Assembly (NCBI GenBank): GCA_013265495.1
Contig: MU058205.1
Location: 12,312-76,311, forward strand
Origin: Vicugna vicugna
Taxonomy: Eukaryota
Reading direction: 5' to 3'
DNA: 64,000 bases
A program made the position numbers and the translations under genes. The notes under the pieces were generated by a model. The model made no database searches and was not told the origin of the DNA. It saw only the letters and a program-made list of their open reading frames with translations. Of this stretch, positions 52,101 to 64,000 are shown piece by piece. How positions within the stretch are numbered: position 1 is the stretch's first letter; every line of letters starts with the position of its first letter.

Positions 52101-53324
52101 TAAAAAGCTGCTGAGACGAAGGAAGATAGTTGTTTTAGTGAAAATGGTACTAAAGGCACTGGTGAAGGCTTAGGTTTGGATTAAACCTGGAGCGTAAACA
52201 CGGTGTCTTTCCTTTGAGCCTCACCGCCTCCCCAGCCCCCACTTCCACCTCCCCCATTGGCTCTGTTTCTGATTTTTAGTATCTTTTCGGTATCTCTTTA
52301 GCCTACTTAAGACTCATATGTGGGGCGCTGTGATGTTTGGTTCGGTCAATACAAAAATCAAAGGAATCCTTAATCTCGATTTTTCAAGTCTTTTTGAAAT
52401 TTAAGAAAAAGTTAAAATCCACAGAAGCTAGTATGAAACACTTATTCTCTCTTGTTCTTAAAAAGCAGCATCAGTAGCAGCAGCTTTTTGATCTTTTAGA
52501 AAGTTATGATGGCATGGACTTGGTTTCATCCACCTGGAAGGCACCCTAGGTTAAAGCAGTGCAGTGCTTGTGGGTTTCTCACCTAAACGATATTGGTTTT
52601 TTTCTTTCCTTTTTCCCCCTCCCAGCTGACTAGTATAAACATTTATAAACAATTCAGAAAGTTGTATTGAGACAAAACTGAGTTCTTTTTTCAAACAGAA
52701 ACCTCCAGGCAGTGCCCTGGTGCAGACCCCTCCCCAGATACCCCCTTCCCAGTGGAAAGATGGGCATGACTTTCTTTCCTTCCCGTTTTCTTTTTTAATC
52801 CTCTCTTTGAGCTGACATGGAGAGATAAGCAGTGCTCTCTTTTATAAACAGGACAATGCGGGCAGCCTGTGTTTGTACATGTTCTCAAAACAAGCTACAC
52901 TTTTATGATAAACCCCGAAGTCGTGGAACTTTTACCAAGGAGAAAACAAAATTATTTTTGAGATTTTCCACTGACTTGAAACTGCAAAGTTGGTTCCCAT
53001 TTACCACCCCCCGCCCCTCCATGTTGTTTTTAGGTTTTTTGAAACAAGTGTGACAGGAAAATAAATCTTCTGGGGCTGGGAGAATAGCCCTTCTGGGCTT
53101 TGCTCCTCTGTGGCCGTGGAGTGAATCGCTGGCCCTGAGGGTTTGTATACAAAAATGCCTCCACGGGGCCTCCTTGTTTTAGGCAAGTCTTGAAGTCACT
53201 AGGGGACCTAGGATAGGGGCTGAAGGGTTTGGAGTGAGAACTGGTCGTGCAAGTGAAAACTATTATTCTTATGAAAAGGGTTAGAAGATGCCCCCCTGAC
53301 ACTTATTTTGGTCTTATTTTTAAG

Positions 53325-53383
53325 CTGTGGTGTCCGTGGATGGGCGGCCTGTGAGACTCCAGCTCTGTGACACCGCAGGACAG
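53325..53383 (+). CDS. RHOU: RHOU coding exon 2
   Basis: tttttaag| acceptor, encodes (A)VVSVDGRPVRLQLCDTAGQ with the G3 box, donor CAG|GTCAGT; 59 nt. Confidence 0.95.
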
Positions 53384-53415
53384 GTCAGTATCACATCGCT
53401 GGGCAAACAAATGGC

Positions 53416-53546
53416 TTTTTAGTTTTTGGGAGGGCGGGGTGTGTAATTAGGTTTACTATTTATTTTTAGAGGAGGTACTGGGGATTGAACCCAGCACCTT
53501 GTGTATGCTAAGCACCTGCTCTACCACTTGAGCTATGCTCCCCCCC
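53416..53546 (-). mobile_element. Vic-1-like SINE in RHOU intron 2
   Basis: Reverse A/B boxes; TSD-like aaatggcYtttt. Confidence 0.88.
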
Positions 53547-55517
53547 TGGAAATGGCCTTTTAAAGGCCTTCAAGTAACTCTCCCATAACTGGGACATGCT
53601 AAAGCCCCATGCCTGCTGCCTTTGGCCCCTCTCAGAGGGTGGGGGTGGGGGGGAGAGAGCTCCGCACTAATAAAACAGGGTTTGGCCCACTTTTCTGTGG
53701 GCAGGACAGGGGAGGACAGCGTCAAGAGCATTTCTTATCTTATGGGAGTTTCTGATCTTATTTACTTTCTGGTTTTTATTAAAAATTATCAGTGATGCTT
53801 TGTAATCATTTCTCAAAGTAAGTTGGTGATAGGATCACTTTATTAAAGGTCAACAAGAAATACATAAGAAATTTACTTAAGGAAAAGTGTGGAGTTTTTG
53901 TCAGTAAGTGTTAATGTTTCCCTCCCTATGTGTGGTTGGACTCACGAGGGCCACCCACATCCCTTGAAACAGAGATACAGTGGTTGAAGCTGTTTCAAGC
54001 TGGGGGAATAAATGAACTGGGACTTTGTCTTTCTGAATTGTGAATATTTATTCTTGTCTTGAGGGCTGAGTATTTGGGGGAAACAGCTAAGGAGTGATGG
54101 AGAGGAAGGATACGGTGTGAGAGAGCTGGGGGACCCCCGTCCCCTGACACCGTGCTCACATCACAAAGTCTAGCTGTGCCCTGTCAGAAGCGTTGTCTCT
54201 TGAGTTTGCCAGAGTGACAGTTACTAAGCATGTAGTCTCTCCAGTACTTGCTAGAGTTTGAGAAAGTGCTGGGGGACTCTGTAGGCAGGCAAAAGTGCCC
54301 ACTTCATTTCTGAGGTGTTGCCACATGACTGTCTATACTTAAGAAGAAGCTGGCTTTCCAGTGTCCCAAGTGCCTCACCCTAAACAGGGCTTCCAAGTCA
54401 CTCACCTGCTCCAGACAGCAAATTCAGGGTTTTTTTTTTCTTTCTCCCCAAACCTCTAGGTGACGAGGCCAGGTAGCCCCGATCCCCAACTGATGCCAGT
54501 TTGGCGGTGGCCACGGTGGCAGGCGACATAGCCCAGTCTCTTCTGTCCTCTCTTTCCCTTCTGCTGGGCTCCTCAGCTTCCCACCAGGAGCAGAAAAAAA
54601 CAGTCTGTATTTTATTGCCTGTGGAAAACAAAAATCAAAGAACACAGGCTCTTCTGATATTTAATCTTGCTGAATGCCCTGCTGCTATTTATAACTAAAG
54701 CTTAATTGCTGTGTATAAGGTGAGAATGTTTTTCCTACCTAGGGTCAGATTTTCTGATCTTTAAAATGAGGATTTCGTAGCACGTCAGTAAACAGAGGCG
54801 TCCCCACTGAAGCAAGAAGTGGTGGCAGCAGAGCCTGAGAATAAGACAGAAGGCAGGAAAACACAAGAAGGCAAAAGGCGCGCTCACCTGGGAGCCTTCA
54901 GGGAGGAGCCCGCAGCCGAGTGCACGCGCCTGCCCGCCGCTGGGCTCGCTGCTAGGTGCCGGCTCTGGCAGACACGGCTTCCCGGGCTGCGGTTCCGGGC
55001 TCTGTCCACATGGTGCCTGGCACCTAGTGGGGCTGAATCGCAGTTTGTAGAATGGATCCATAAACGAATAGAGTGCTGGGTCCTGGCAGATGCAAGCTGA
55101 AATCACGGGCCTGCCCCTTAACAGACTCACAGTCTGTGGGGAGACAAACCAGTCAGTAGAATTCGTGAAGGAACCTGGTGATGTTACAGAAGGAGGAAGG
55201 CGAGGTCGGCTCGAGGTGCAGGATGGGGGGACCTGGGAGGGAAACCTCTGGGCAGTTTTAAAAGAGAAAAAAGGAGGACTTCTCCCAGGAAGACTTCGTA
55301 GAAGTGATCCCAAGTTGTCCAGGAAGAGTCTGACTTTTCCTTAGTGTGGTCTGCTTCAAAGTCAAGGAATCGTGAGAATCATTTTAGAAATATTTTCATG
55401 AAAAAAGTTTATAATTAGGGAAGTAGAAAGGTTTGGGTGCAAGTTGGGAAACTTTAGTCTATTTGGAAATTATTCTTGTGTTCTCCCAGCAGTGTTTTCA
55501 TTGAGATTCACTGTATT

Positions 55518-55659
55518 TTGTGTGTGTGTGTGTGTGTGTGTGTAGGGGGGGAAGGTAACTAGGTCTATTTATTTATTTTTGGTGGAGGGACTGGGGATTG
55601 AACCCAGGACCTTGTAAATGCTAAGCAGGCACCCTACCACTGAGCTGTACCCTCCTCCT
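55518..55659 (-). mobile_element. Vic-1-like SINE with (TG)n in the tail
   Basis: ctggggattgaacccaggacc; (TG)n at 55520-55542. Confidence 0.85.
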
Positions 55660-58513
55660 CAGACTCACCTTATTACTTAACTGTTGTCCTGGTTAGTAAA
55701 GTAGGCCTTTTTGTATAATTAGTGAGGCCATCATCTACAGATCTGTAGAAAACCAACTTCAAGAACTGTTTATAAAAGATACACAACTGGTAAGATGAAG
55801 TCAGTTTTTTTTTTTTTTTCCCCTTGCTTCCCAAGTATCAGTCAGTGTTTGTTTTGACCATTAATTAGCAGAGCTGGTCAAGGTGGTGGTCTTTTTCTGC
55901 CCTCACTACTCCAGAGCTGATAAACTGCCTTGTAAGAGACCAGATCTGACACTTGCCATGTTTCCTTGGCCTTGTCCCAGCCCGTGGAACTCCTCCTCCA
56001 GGCAGTCTTCACGGTAGCCCCGAGGGGTTAAAGTGACTCTCGTGACCTCCAGGCCAAACTTCCTGGAGAATGGGAGCGCAGGTAGCCGTAGCCTGGGGAC
56101 CAAACGCAAGTTTCACATGGAAGCTGAGGGCAAGAATTAGAGCTGCCCTGGCTGGGAAATAACTAGAGATGGCTTCTCATGCCTTTGAGTTTTCTTGTTA
56201 GGGGCTAAGTGAGTATCCAGGTTGTTAAAAGGAGTTTTTAACCTTGGACTTACAGTCTTACTCAAGTGAAAATCGATCAGACTGAGGACTTAAAGAAACA
56301 TCCCTTTGCTGAGGAGAAAGCAGTACCCCTGAAACAGGAGCTCGCTGTGGCATTGCCAGTTGCGGCTGGGAGTTCTTCATGAGGCACTGGAGAAAAATCT
56401 TTATACTAAAAAAATACATGTATATACACACACATATCAGGCTGCAGCTTGACCAAGACGGCTCTCCAGTTGCTTGTCAGTCCCGTCCTGCCCTGAACTG
56501 AATCCCTACAATGCCTTGGAAATTGCCTGCAAATCTCTGGGCCTCAGAACACGTTTCCTTGAGGGTACATTCCAGCTGGCTTCGTCACGTGTGTGTGTGT
56601 TGCATTTATTTCAGCAAATATCTAAGGTTTCTGGTCAGGCGATGAGCAGGAGGGTTTAATTTCTGCTTTGCTTCCCGAGTCCCTTAGCCAGAACCCCAAG
56701 AGGAGAGGTCTGTGGAGCCAGATTTCCAAAGCCCTGTCACCAGGCCTGGCCCTGGGCTCGCCTTTCTTTTGATTGGTAATGCAACCCCAGATTCCAGGGC
56801 ACGGCCAAGCGGGAGTGCCTTCCAGCAACGGGGTGCAGCGCCCGGGGGAGCTGACTTTACACTGGCCTCAGTTTTGGGCTTCTTCCTTTAAGGCCTCTGA
56901 GAACAGAGGGAACGTTTCATTAAAAGATCTTCAGGGCTGGGCCGTGGTCCACCTGGTTGAGTTTCTCTGTTTATTCTTTCAGCACAAAGTTGGCACTGAG
57001 AAACTCAAGTCTTTTTTTTTTTTTTTTCAACTTTGGCTTATAGAAGACAGAAAAGTGGCAGTGACATTCTGAGACGCCTTATTCATTCCTGAGCGTTTCA
57101 GCTGGTCAACTTCAATATTGTTACTTGGTTGTTGCCCCACAGCTGACATATGGAGCCTCACATGAAGAAAGTGCACTCAAATAAAAAGATCCAGGTTCCC
57201 TTTATACCTAGAAAAAGGCCACAGATGCAGCATGATGTGCATGTAAATAGTAATTTGTAAATAATGAGCCTGCCAATTGAGAAAGAAAAACCGGGCTGAT
57301 ATTTACCTTTGTCTTGCCACTGGGAAATGATCCATCACATTACATCTGAGGATGGTTGGCACCCACAGATAGAAGTTTTAAATAGGAATGAGATGATGTA
57401 AATATGTTCCTACGAGATGGCTGAGTGGAAGCTTTCAATTAGCTAAAGATGGTGCTTCTTCAGGGAACTACAGGGTGTTTGATATGGAGAAATGCTGATT
57501 TGGAGACAGATGAGCCTACAAGGGCTGAGACCATGTTCCCAGCCATATCCCCTTGGCCTGGACAGTGCCTGGTGCTCTGCGTGCATCTCTGTTAAGTGAA
57601 TGACCACAGCACAACATTCAGCGGCGCGATGGCTGGTTTGTTTAACAGCCCCTGACTTACGCCATCCAGTTCTCTGTAACTCAGAAGTAGAGTGGGTAGG
57701 CCCTTTGGTCCTTTATCTTTCCAAAGCATCATGCATGGAGGCCTCTGGGATTACTGGAGGGAAAAGGGAAGGGCAAGTAAGAGAAAAGGCAGGAGGGAGA
57801 AAAAGGAGATAAAGCAGGAAGAAAAGATGTATGTCCAGCAAGCACGAGAATGTGTGAACCAGTGTTGGAAGTGACACTGAGAGACGCATGTTCTCAGGGT
57901 TCCTTGTGGGAGTGACCTACCCCAGGTCCTCAACACCAGTCCTGCATCTGATTCACAGGACCCTCTGCGCCGCGTGTGCCCTGAGCGTGCGTTGGGTGTG
58001 CACAACGCAGATGGGGTGGCACAAGCATTACTCACAGCTGTCGTGAGGATGGGCAGGGCTGGGTTCTATGGAGAGGAGCTGTGTTAGTAAGCTGGGGTTC
58101 GCTGGGGTCAGGTGGAGCCCTGAGGACCCATAAGGATACTGCCTACATTTTAAAAGCACAGCTAAGTACCAGAGTTGAAAGAGTAAGTCTGGGTTCAGCC
58201 TCTGGGCTGAAGGCTAGGGAGAGTAAATTTTAATGTTTGAATCAGTCTATTTTCAGTACTTTTTCTATGGTAAATTGTGAGTAGGTCATGAGCATGGAGG
58301 AAAGCATTGAGCACATTTGGCAGATTTTGTGGGCCTGGGAGCGTGGCCCCGCTTGGCAGCAGAGTCCTTTCTAAGACACGGGCTCTTAGACTTCCAGAAC
58401 TAGCAGGCCTTCTACTACCTGCCAGACCTTTTGCAGAAAAATGTTACAATGGTCTTTTTTGCTGATGAGAATGGATTTCCAAGGTAACCTTTGGATGCTT
58501 GGACTGGTTGCAG

Positions 58514-58969
58514 GATGAGTTTGACAAGCTCCGGCCTCTGTGCTACACGAACGCCGACATCTTCCTCCTGTGCTTCAGCGTCGTCAGCCCCTCCTCCTTC
58601 CAGAACGTCTGCGAGAAGTGGGTGCCAGAGATTCGGTGCCACTGTCCCAGGGCCCCCATCATCCTAGTTGGGACGCAGTCGGACCTCAGAGAAGATGTCA
58701 AAGTCCTCATTGAGCTGGACAAGTGCAAAGAGAAGCCGGTGCCGGAGGAGGCGGCGAAGCTGTGTGCCGAGGAGATCAAAGCCGCCTCCTACGTCGAGTG
58801 TTCGGCCTTGACTCAGAAAAACCTCAAAGAGGTCTTCGACGCGGCCATCGTGGCCGGCATTCAGTACTCGGACACGCAGCAGCAGCCGAAGAAGTCCAAA
58901 AGCCGGACTCCGGACAAAATGAAGAACCTGTCCAAGTCGTGGTGGAAGAAGTACTGCTGTTTCGTGTGA
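58514..58969 (+). CDS. RHOU: RHOU coding exon 3
   Basis: ttgcag|[14 protein letters not shown]...GTQSDL (G4)...ECSA (G5)...[11 protein letters not shown] RhoU C-terminus; spliced product 217 aa. Confidence 0.97.
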   Translation, partial: DEFDKLRPLCYTNADIFLLCFSVVSPSSFQNVCEKWVPEIRCHCPRAPIILVGTQSDLREDVKVLIELDKCKEKPVPEEAAKLCAEEIKAASYVECSALTQKNLKEVFDAAIVAGIQYSDTQQQPKKSKSRTPDKMKNLSKSWWKKYCCFV

Positions 58970-61825
58970 TGCCGGCGGGCGGCCCCGACGGGCTGTTTTC
59001 CGATGGAGTCACACGAGGGGCTGTATTAGCTGAAAGGACTCCTTTTACCGTGTAGAAGCCGCGCGGAGGACGCGTGCACAGGTGCACCGCGGGAGGGGCT
59101 CCGACTCACCCGACCCTCCCTTGCCTTTGATTTCCTTCTTGCTTGTTTGAGTTTAGGGATGAGATACTTACGCAAGCTGCATTGAAGTAAGTTAAGCATT
59201 TTTCAGGACTCTGGCAATTTAGAACTCATTAGACCTTTGGATTAATTTATATCTAATAAGAGAAAGACACCTCAAATCGGGGTGTCAAGAGCGAAATTTT
59301 GCTACGTGATGATGTGCAGAACAAAGGGGACGTGGTGTGGGTGCTGTCCCCTGCCTGAGGGCTGCTCAGTGCACTGTGCTTATGCACCAGGCCAGCTATG
59401 GTAGGAATAACTCTTAGCTTTGAAACCTCATACTTTTCCCCCGCTTTTTTTCTAAGGAGCAAAAAAAATCTGAGAAAAAAATGAGAGACCTCTGCCTATA
59501 AAACCTCACTTTTGTTATAATCTTATACCCGGTTGCTTAAGATTTAGAAACCACCACCACCAACAAAAACCCACATCCCACTAACTCGGTGGCACTGTGT
59601 AGACCCAAAAGGAAAAATTGTTGATTAGGATTTGTTCACCCTGAGACCAGTTGTGCTGATACCATATAAGCAGAGTGCCATGCGGAGTGTAGCAAGTGAC
59701 AGAAGCTCTGTTTTCTTTAGGGAGTGATTCCCGTGAACCAAACTGTGTGCACCTCTGGTGATCGGAGCCCTCGGGAGCACCAGTCTGGAGGGTTTTTAAA
59801 CTTCTGTACTTCAGTTGTCCCGTCTGCAGGGAGGCGAACTCTTTTGAAAGGCCTGTAGCAAGCAGATACTTGTGGGTCACAAAATCTACTTTTTTTTTTT
59901 TTAAAGTTAGCCAAAATGTACTTTGTATACACACACAAACACAGATGTATATGTTATACATATATGGCTGTGTTTGCTGCTGACTCAGACTTTTAAACAG
60001 TTAATGGGAAAAGCATGGCCATGAACACAGATGTGAGGGAAGCTCGGCTGCCTCTTTTTATGAACACTTTTTCGAATAGACCTCTTTTTGATTATACCTT
60101 ACCTAGGATTTTAAGTCTGTCTCAACGTGTTTTTGAGACCATGTTAAAGCAAAACAAGAACAGCTCTCAGAACCTGGTTTAAAATGAATGTCTCTTGAAA
60201 CCTGTTGAAATGACCAGTTAAATCCGCAGTTGCCTTTCAGGGAAGTGGCGGCAGAGGCCAGCGCTGTGTCCGAAGGGTCACGGGGTCTGCTGTGCGGGGG
60301 GACCATCGCTCCCCTGCTCAGCTGTTCCCTTACTGTGGAACAGTCTGAAAACCATGTATTTGCGAGACATTTGTGTTCCTCCAGGTGGCAGTTTTTAGGG
60401 CTTAATGTTCTAGAGGGAAAAAGTGCCATATCAGGAGAAGAGTTTTATCCTGTGATGGGTGAACTTCTGAGATGCCAGAAGGTGCCCTGAGGGATTGGAT
60501 TGTAATGTCAGGCTTGCAGTGGGTGAGGCAGACCTACCAAAATCGGTCAGTAACTCGGGAAGTCTCCGTAGAGCCAGCTGACAGAGTTTATCTTTCTGTG
60601 GGTCTTGTGTGGCCCATACGTATATATACACACAATCCAATTTGTGTTTCTTTGTAGAAAAAAGTAAATGATCGGGTCATACTTTAGGGGCTTCTTTTAT
60701 TTCTGTTAGTCAATAAAATTAACTAATTTCCTTGTTTGAGAACTAAAATGCATACTCTTTACTATTTATTTTTCAATACATTGAAATTGAGATCAGTCAT
60801 AGTTTCCTGAAGTTTAGTTACAACCTGAGTGAATAAAATGACTTCATTTGTGGAAGTGCCCCAAACAGAATGAATGAATGAAATGGATTCGAAACTTGGT
60901 GCCTGGCTCACCGACCTGGGGGCTTCCCAGCCTGGGCTCTGCCTGCCCCAGTGTGGACGGTAGGGGTGAGGGGGAGTTATCAGACTGGTAAGTCATTTCA
61001 AACAGTATTTTTATATGAAACCAAATGTCATGAAGTACAATGCAAATTAACTTTTAAGATAGAACACAAAACTTGAAAGAAAATTTATGCATGTGACAGT
61101 GTCTGGGGGCCACTCCTGGTCCCACTGAGAGCGTCCCTTGGCGCTCTCTGCCTTTAGGGCCACTGGTGGACAGTGGTCGGTGAAGAATGCCTGTGAGCTT
61201 TACTCAAGTGTTTTATTTTTAACCCATCTTGATACAGCCTGTACCATTAACACAAAAAACCTAGAAGGTTGACGTTTAAATGCAACAGTTTTTAATGTTG
61301 CCAAATTTATGGAATTGTAAAGGTACGATTTGAGGTTTCCCTCCATTTTTCTTGGTGAAATTAGAGATTTGGGCAGAAGAGTTTTGAAAAGTATGTGTTT
61401 GAGTTAAATATAAATTGGATCGACTTCAAAGCTCAGACGTTGTTAAATTTGCAGCTTGGTATCGCAGAGATTTTACAAGAGTTGTGCTGTAGGGAGTACC
61501 ACTTTAGCATGACTCCTGCAGTGTAAGCCACTCACACAGTTTACACAGGCAGTATGCTGTAAGACTGTTAACCTCTTCTTCCCGTGTCTGTGGAAATGAG
61601 CCTTTTGTAATGTCGTTCTCGGTGCTTGACAGACTTAAGAGAAACCACCCAGCTCTTACACAAGCCTAAACAAGGGAGGGTCTCCTCCCCGGACCGTCTC
61701 TACCTGGTGCCTTACCAAGTTGTACTTTTCTGTTTTCAGGAGTAAATGATGTTGAGCCGAATGCTGTCCTTGAAAATGCTATAAATGAGGTGTTATGAAA
61801 TAAATTCTGATATAGCTGCACTTGC
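58970..61825 (+). other. RHOU: RHOU 3' UTR (inferred) with candidate polyA signals
   Basis: Stretch without recognisable repeats after the stop; AATAAA at 60712, 60832 and 61799. Confidence 0.6.
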
Positions 61826-62869
61826 CTTTTCTACCGAAGAATTTCTTTGGGAGCGAACAGAAGTTCAGCCACACGGAGAGGCAGACCCCCAGAAGTGCCC
61901 TGGGAACGCGTCCCCGGCCAGCATTAAACACCTGTTCAGTGTGGGGTTTTGAGAATTCTGGGGTTCCGTCTGACACAAGCACCCTCTGACTCTGCAGCTG
62001 TAAGGGGCCATGTGCTGGGGTCCCTGGGTGTTGGGAGAAGCCCTGCTCTTGGAGCTGGAAGCCCAGGCTCAGAGAAGCACTGAGCGTGTGATGAGACTGG
62101 GAGGTCACTAGATGAGCCCTGGTTCCCTCACACCTAGGCAGCACTGCCTTTCTCACCAGGCTGTTGGAGTCCTGAATGCGCGCACAAGTGCGCGTGCAGG
62201 GCAGACATCCAAGATGTGTCGTGGCCGTGGGAGGCGCCACGGGTCCCACCAGCTTTACAGTGAAGACCAGCAGGGCTCAGGGCTCCTTGCCTCCACGGGG
62301 TGGACAGCACGCTTGGTCACTGAGTGAAGGATGGGCCTGCCTACTGTGTTCCCCATGGTGCCTCCAATGCCAGGCTACAACTTTTTGTATCCACTGAACA
62401 GTCAACCACAATGGACTGGAAAACTGGGCAGAGAACAACTAAAACTACTGGCCAGCTGCCTGTGTCCTGGAGTGCAGGCTCACTTCCTGGCCGTCACGGG
62501 CCTCCACAGGCAGCCTGACCCTAGCCCAAAGGCACCCGGAAGTTTCTCCTCACCCAGCCCTTGTCTGGGACAGACCACCCAGTCCCTTTAGAGGAGTTTA
62601 GGGCATCTTCACAGAGATGTTCACATGACCTGAAGGGAGGTGAGGGGATGAGAAGTACCTGGGAGAAAATTTTCCAAAAAAAATAGCAGGTGCAAAGGTC
62701 CTGAGGCAGAGAAGTGTCTGGCATGTCCTGCAGGCCTGTGTCAACAGACAGAAGGAGTACAGGGAGGGGAGCAGGAGATGATTTTGGGGAGGTGATGATG
62801 TCAGGGAGGGGATGGGGCCTGGGAAGCCATGACATCAGGTAGAAGCGACAGGAAGAAAGAGGAGGGGAG

Positions 62870-63070
62870 GGCGTGGCTCCAGAGTCAGGCTGTTTGAATC
62901 CTGGCTCTGCTGCTTACTGGTTGTGACTCTTTAAGCAACTTAATCTCTTAACCTTTCTTTATCTAAACTTTGAAAACTGTGCAGGGGATAAACATAGCAC
63001 CTGCCCTAGTGGGCCATTGGGTTTATGAGTATAAAGCGCTGGTGCACCGGAAGCCCCAGTAAACGTCCAC
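62870..63070 (+). mobile_element. MIR SINE
   Basis: tttgaatcctggctctgctgcttactggttgtgac core. Confidence 0.65.
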
Positions 63071-63241
63071 TCTGACCAGTCTTTCTGGTAATGTCCTTTC
63101 AGGCAGGATGTCCAGTTGATCAACCTACGATTGGCCCCTAATGCGTCTTCATCTCTATTAAATTTCATGAGGTATTAAATTTCATGAGGCATATTATGCT
63201 TTTTATGCATCATAGCATATTCATTTTTCAATTTCCATTCA

Positions 63242-63378
63242 TTTTTGTTTTTTGCTGGGGGTTGGGGAGGCCGTTAGATTTATTTATTTACTTTTGAAGT
63301 GGTGATACTGGGGATTGAACCCAGGATCTCATGCATGCTAAGCACACGTTCTACCACTGAGCCCCATACCCTCTGCCC
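63242..63378 (-). mobile_element. Vic-1-like SINE
   Basis: gggattgaacccaggatctcatgcatgctaagc. Confidence 0.85.
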
Positions 63379-63895
63379 TCTGCTCATTTTTATAGAAGAA
63401 GAGAGAAATACTTATATTATTCCAGGTGTGGCCCGGGCTGACTCTGGAACATAGATGCTGCTGCTGAGTGGGTGGGGGGACCCGTGTGCTGGCTCTTCAC
63501 CCACAGGTGGGAGTTGGGAAGGCCGAGCTTAGGGTATGCAGGTGGGTTGGGGAGTCAGGGCGAGGCAGCAGAACGTTGTGAGGAGCTCAGGATCTCCTGC
63601 GTTCCCGCCCTTGGCTAGGGTGTCCCTCAACTCCTTTCACACAGGAAGGTCTTCCCTAGTCTAGCGCACTCTTGGCCATTTTTAGAGCCACTGTTTATCA
63701 GCCTGAGTCACCAACTGCAATTTCCCCTGTCACTCCATGCCGAGGACAACCAAGTCCTGAAGAGACAGAGTCTGCGTGTGCAAGAGCCGTGCGGATGGGA
63801 ACCCAGTATCCATCCCTAAAAGAAGATGCATTCCTAGGCAGAATCTCTGTTTAGTCCCTCCTGAATGTCCCACAGGTCCTTCAAATTTAACTCAC

Positions 63896-64000
63896 TGTAT
63901 TAATTTCCTGTTGCTGCAGTAACAAATTACTATAAACTCAGTGGCTTAAAACACTGCAAATTTCTTACCTACAGTTCTGGAGGTGAGAAATCAGAGATGG
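63896..64000. mobile_element. MaLR (MLT1-type) LTR, runs off the window
   Basis: tgtattaatttcctgttgctgcagtaacaaattac...gtggcttaaaac...acagttctggagg. Confidence 0.8.

Noticed and set aside
58499..58513. ORF-track start 'MDWLQ' for a 156-aa protein
   Set aside because: Starts at an intronic TTG; the exon begins after ttgcag at 58514
63156..63189. Perfect 17-bp tandem duplication tattaaatttcatgagg
   Set aside because: Ordinary slippage-type micro-duplication with no functional cue

Overview
Mammalian genomic DNA, very likely camelid (alpaca/llama/camel) because it carries about 14 copies of a tRNA-derived SINE resembling camelid Vic-1 and several young L1 3' ends. The only recognisable protein-coding gene is RHOU (Wrch-1, atypical Cdc42-like Rho GTPase) on the + strand: CpG-island promoter at ~50.9-52.1 kb, three coding exons (51566-51704, 53325-53383, 58514-58969) and a long 3' UTR. 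The most striking anomaly is an in-frame loss of ~41 codons in RHOU exon 1 relative to human RHOU as I recall it. It removes most of the Pro/Gly-rich N-terminal extension, strand beta1 and the first P-loop glycine, so it is either a GC-rich assembly collapse or a real crippled or atypical allele. The other ~50 kb upstream is mostly repeats (L1, L2, MIR, MaLR/ERV LTRs, an ERVL gag fragment, SINEs, microsatellites). It also holds some oddities: a strongly GC-shifted MaLR LTR, an internally deleted L1 with TSDs, a fold-back junction at an L1 5' end, divergent CTCF-like sites, an orphan CpG island, and a decayed coding-like segment weakly resembling bornavirus nucleoprotein. Repeat family names and boundaries were assigned by eye from remembered consensus sequences and are approximate.
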